A DNA stretch of 64,000 nucleotides, from assembly GCA_964016885.1 (NCBI GenBank), contig OZ024756.1, positions 35,030,001-35,094,000 on the forward strand, given 5' to 3'. Shown one piece after another: positions 63,710-64,000 of the stretch. Numbering within the stretch: position 1 is the stretch's first letter; every line of letters starts with the position of its first letter. The notes under the pieces were generated by a model. The model had not been told where the DNA came from. It did no database searches and saw only the letters and a program-made list of their open reading frames with translations. Source of the DNA: Eledone cirrhosa (taxonomy: Eukaryota). The translations under genes were made by a program, and so were the position numbers.

Positions 63710-64000
63710 CTTTAAAAGGAAAAGAAAACAAAAAATTAGAGATAAATGTAAAAAAAAAAAAAAAACAAGAAAAAATATCAAGTGTGTATATGTGTATGTA
63801 TGTGCTTGTCTCTGTATGACACTTTAAAGTGTCTGCGTGAATATGTGTGAGTGTATGTGTGTGAGTGTATATGTGTGAGTGTATATGTGTTTATCTCTGT
63901 ATGACACAGATTAAAGCCCATATGCATATGTATAAGTATGCATATGTATGAGTGTGTATGTGTTTGTGCTTGTCTCTGTATGACACTATTTAAAGCATGT

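Overview
AT-rich, microsatellite- and SINE-dense animal genomic DNA. The repeat landscape looks cephalopod/octopus-like; this is an inference. Three spliced secretory-pathway genes were reconstructed by hand with GT-AG boundaries and consistent phases. (1) ARCN1/delta-COP: minus strand, 12 coding exons, 31464->14931, ~508 aa, first exon contributes only the ATG. (2) TBC1D23: plus strand, 16 exons, 34595->56266, ~674 aa, head-to-head with ARCN1 ~3.1 kb away. (3) The last two coding exons of DNAJB9/ERdj4: minus strand, 63709->62451, tail-to-tail with TBC1D23. Almost all other ORF-track entries are microsatellite artefacts. The most striking non-genic signal is a dispersed set of minimal type-I hammerhead-ribozyme motifs (stem I-CUGAUGA-stem II-GAAA-palindromic stem III-UH-stem I) inside short elements inserted in (TA)n tracts. 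Four have an intact core (2748, 21099, 35433, 39772) and several more are mutated. Many of the window's long palindromes are fold-back duplications of these elements that break at or near ribozyme stem II. Every intact intronic copy is antisense to its host gene. This pattern fits non-autonomous Penelope-like/retrozyme elements. The window also contains two tRNA-SINE families (some as inverted pairs), RTE LINE fragments, a deleted mariner, several MITE families and minisatellites.
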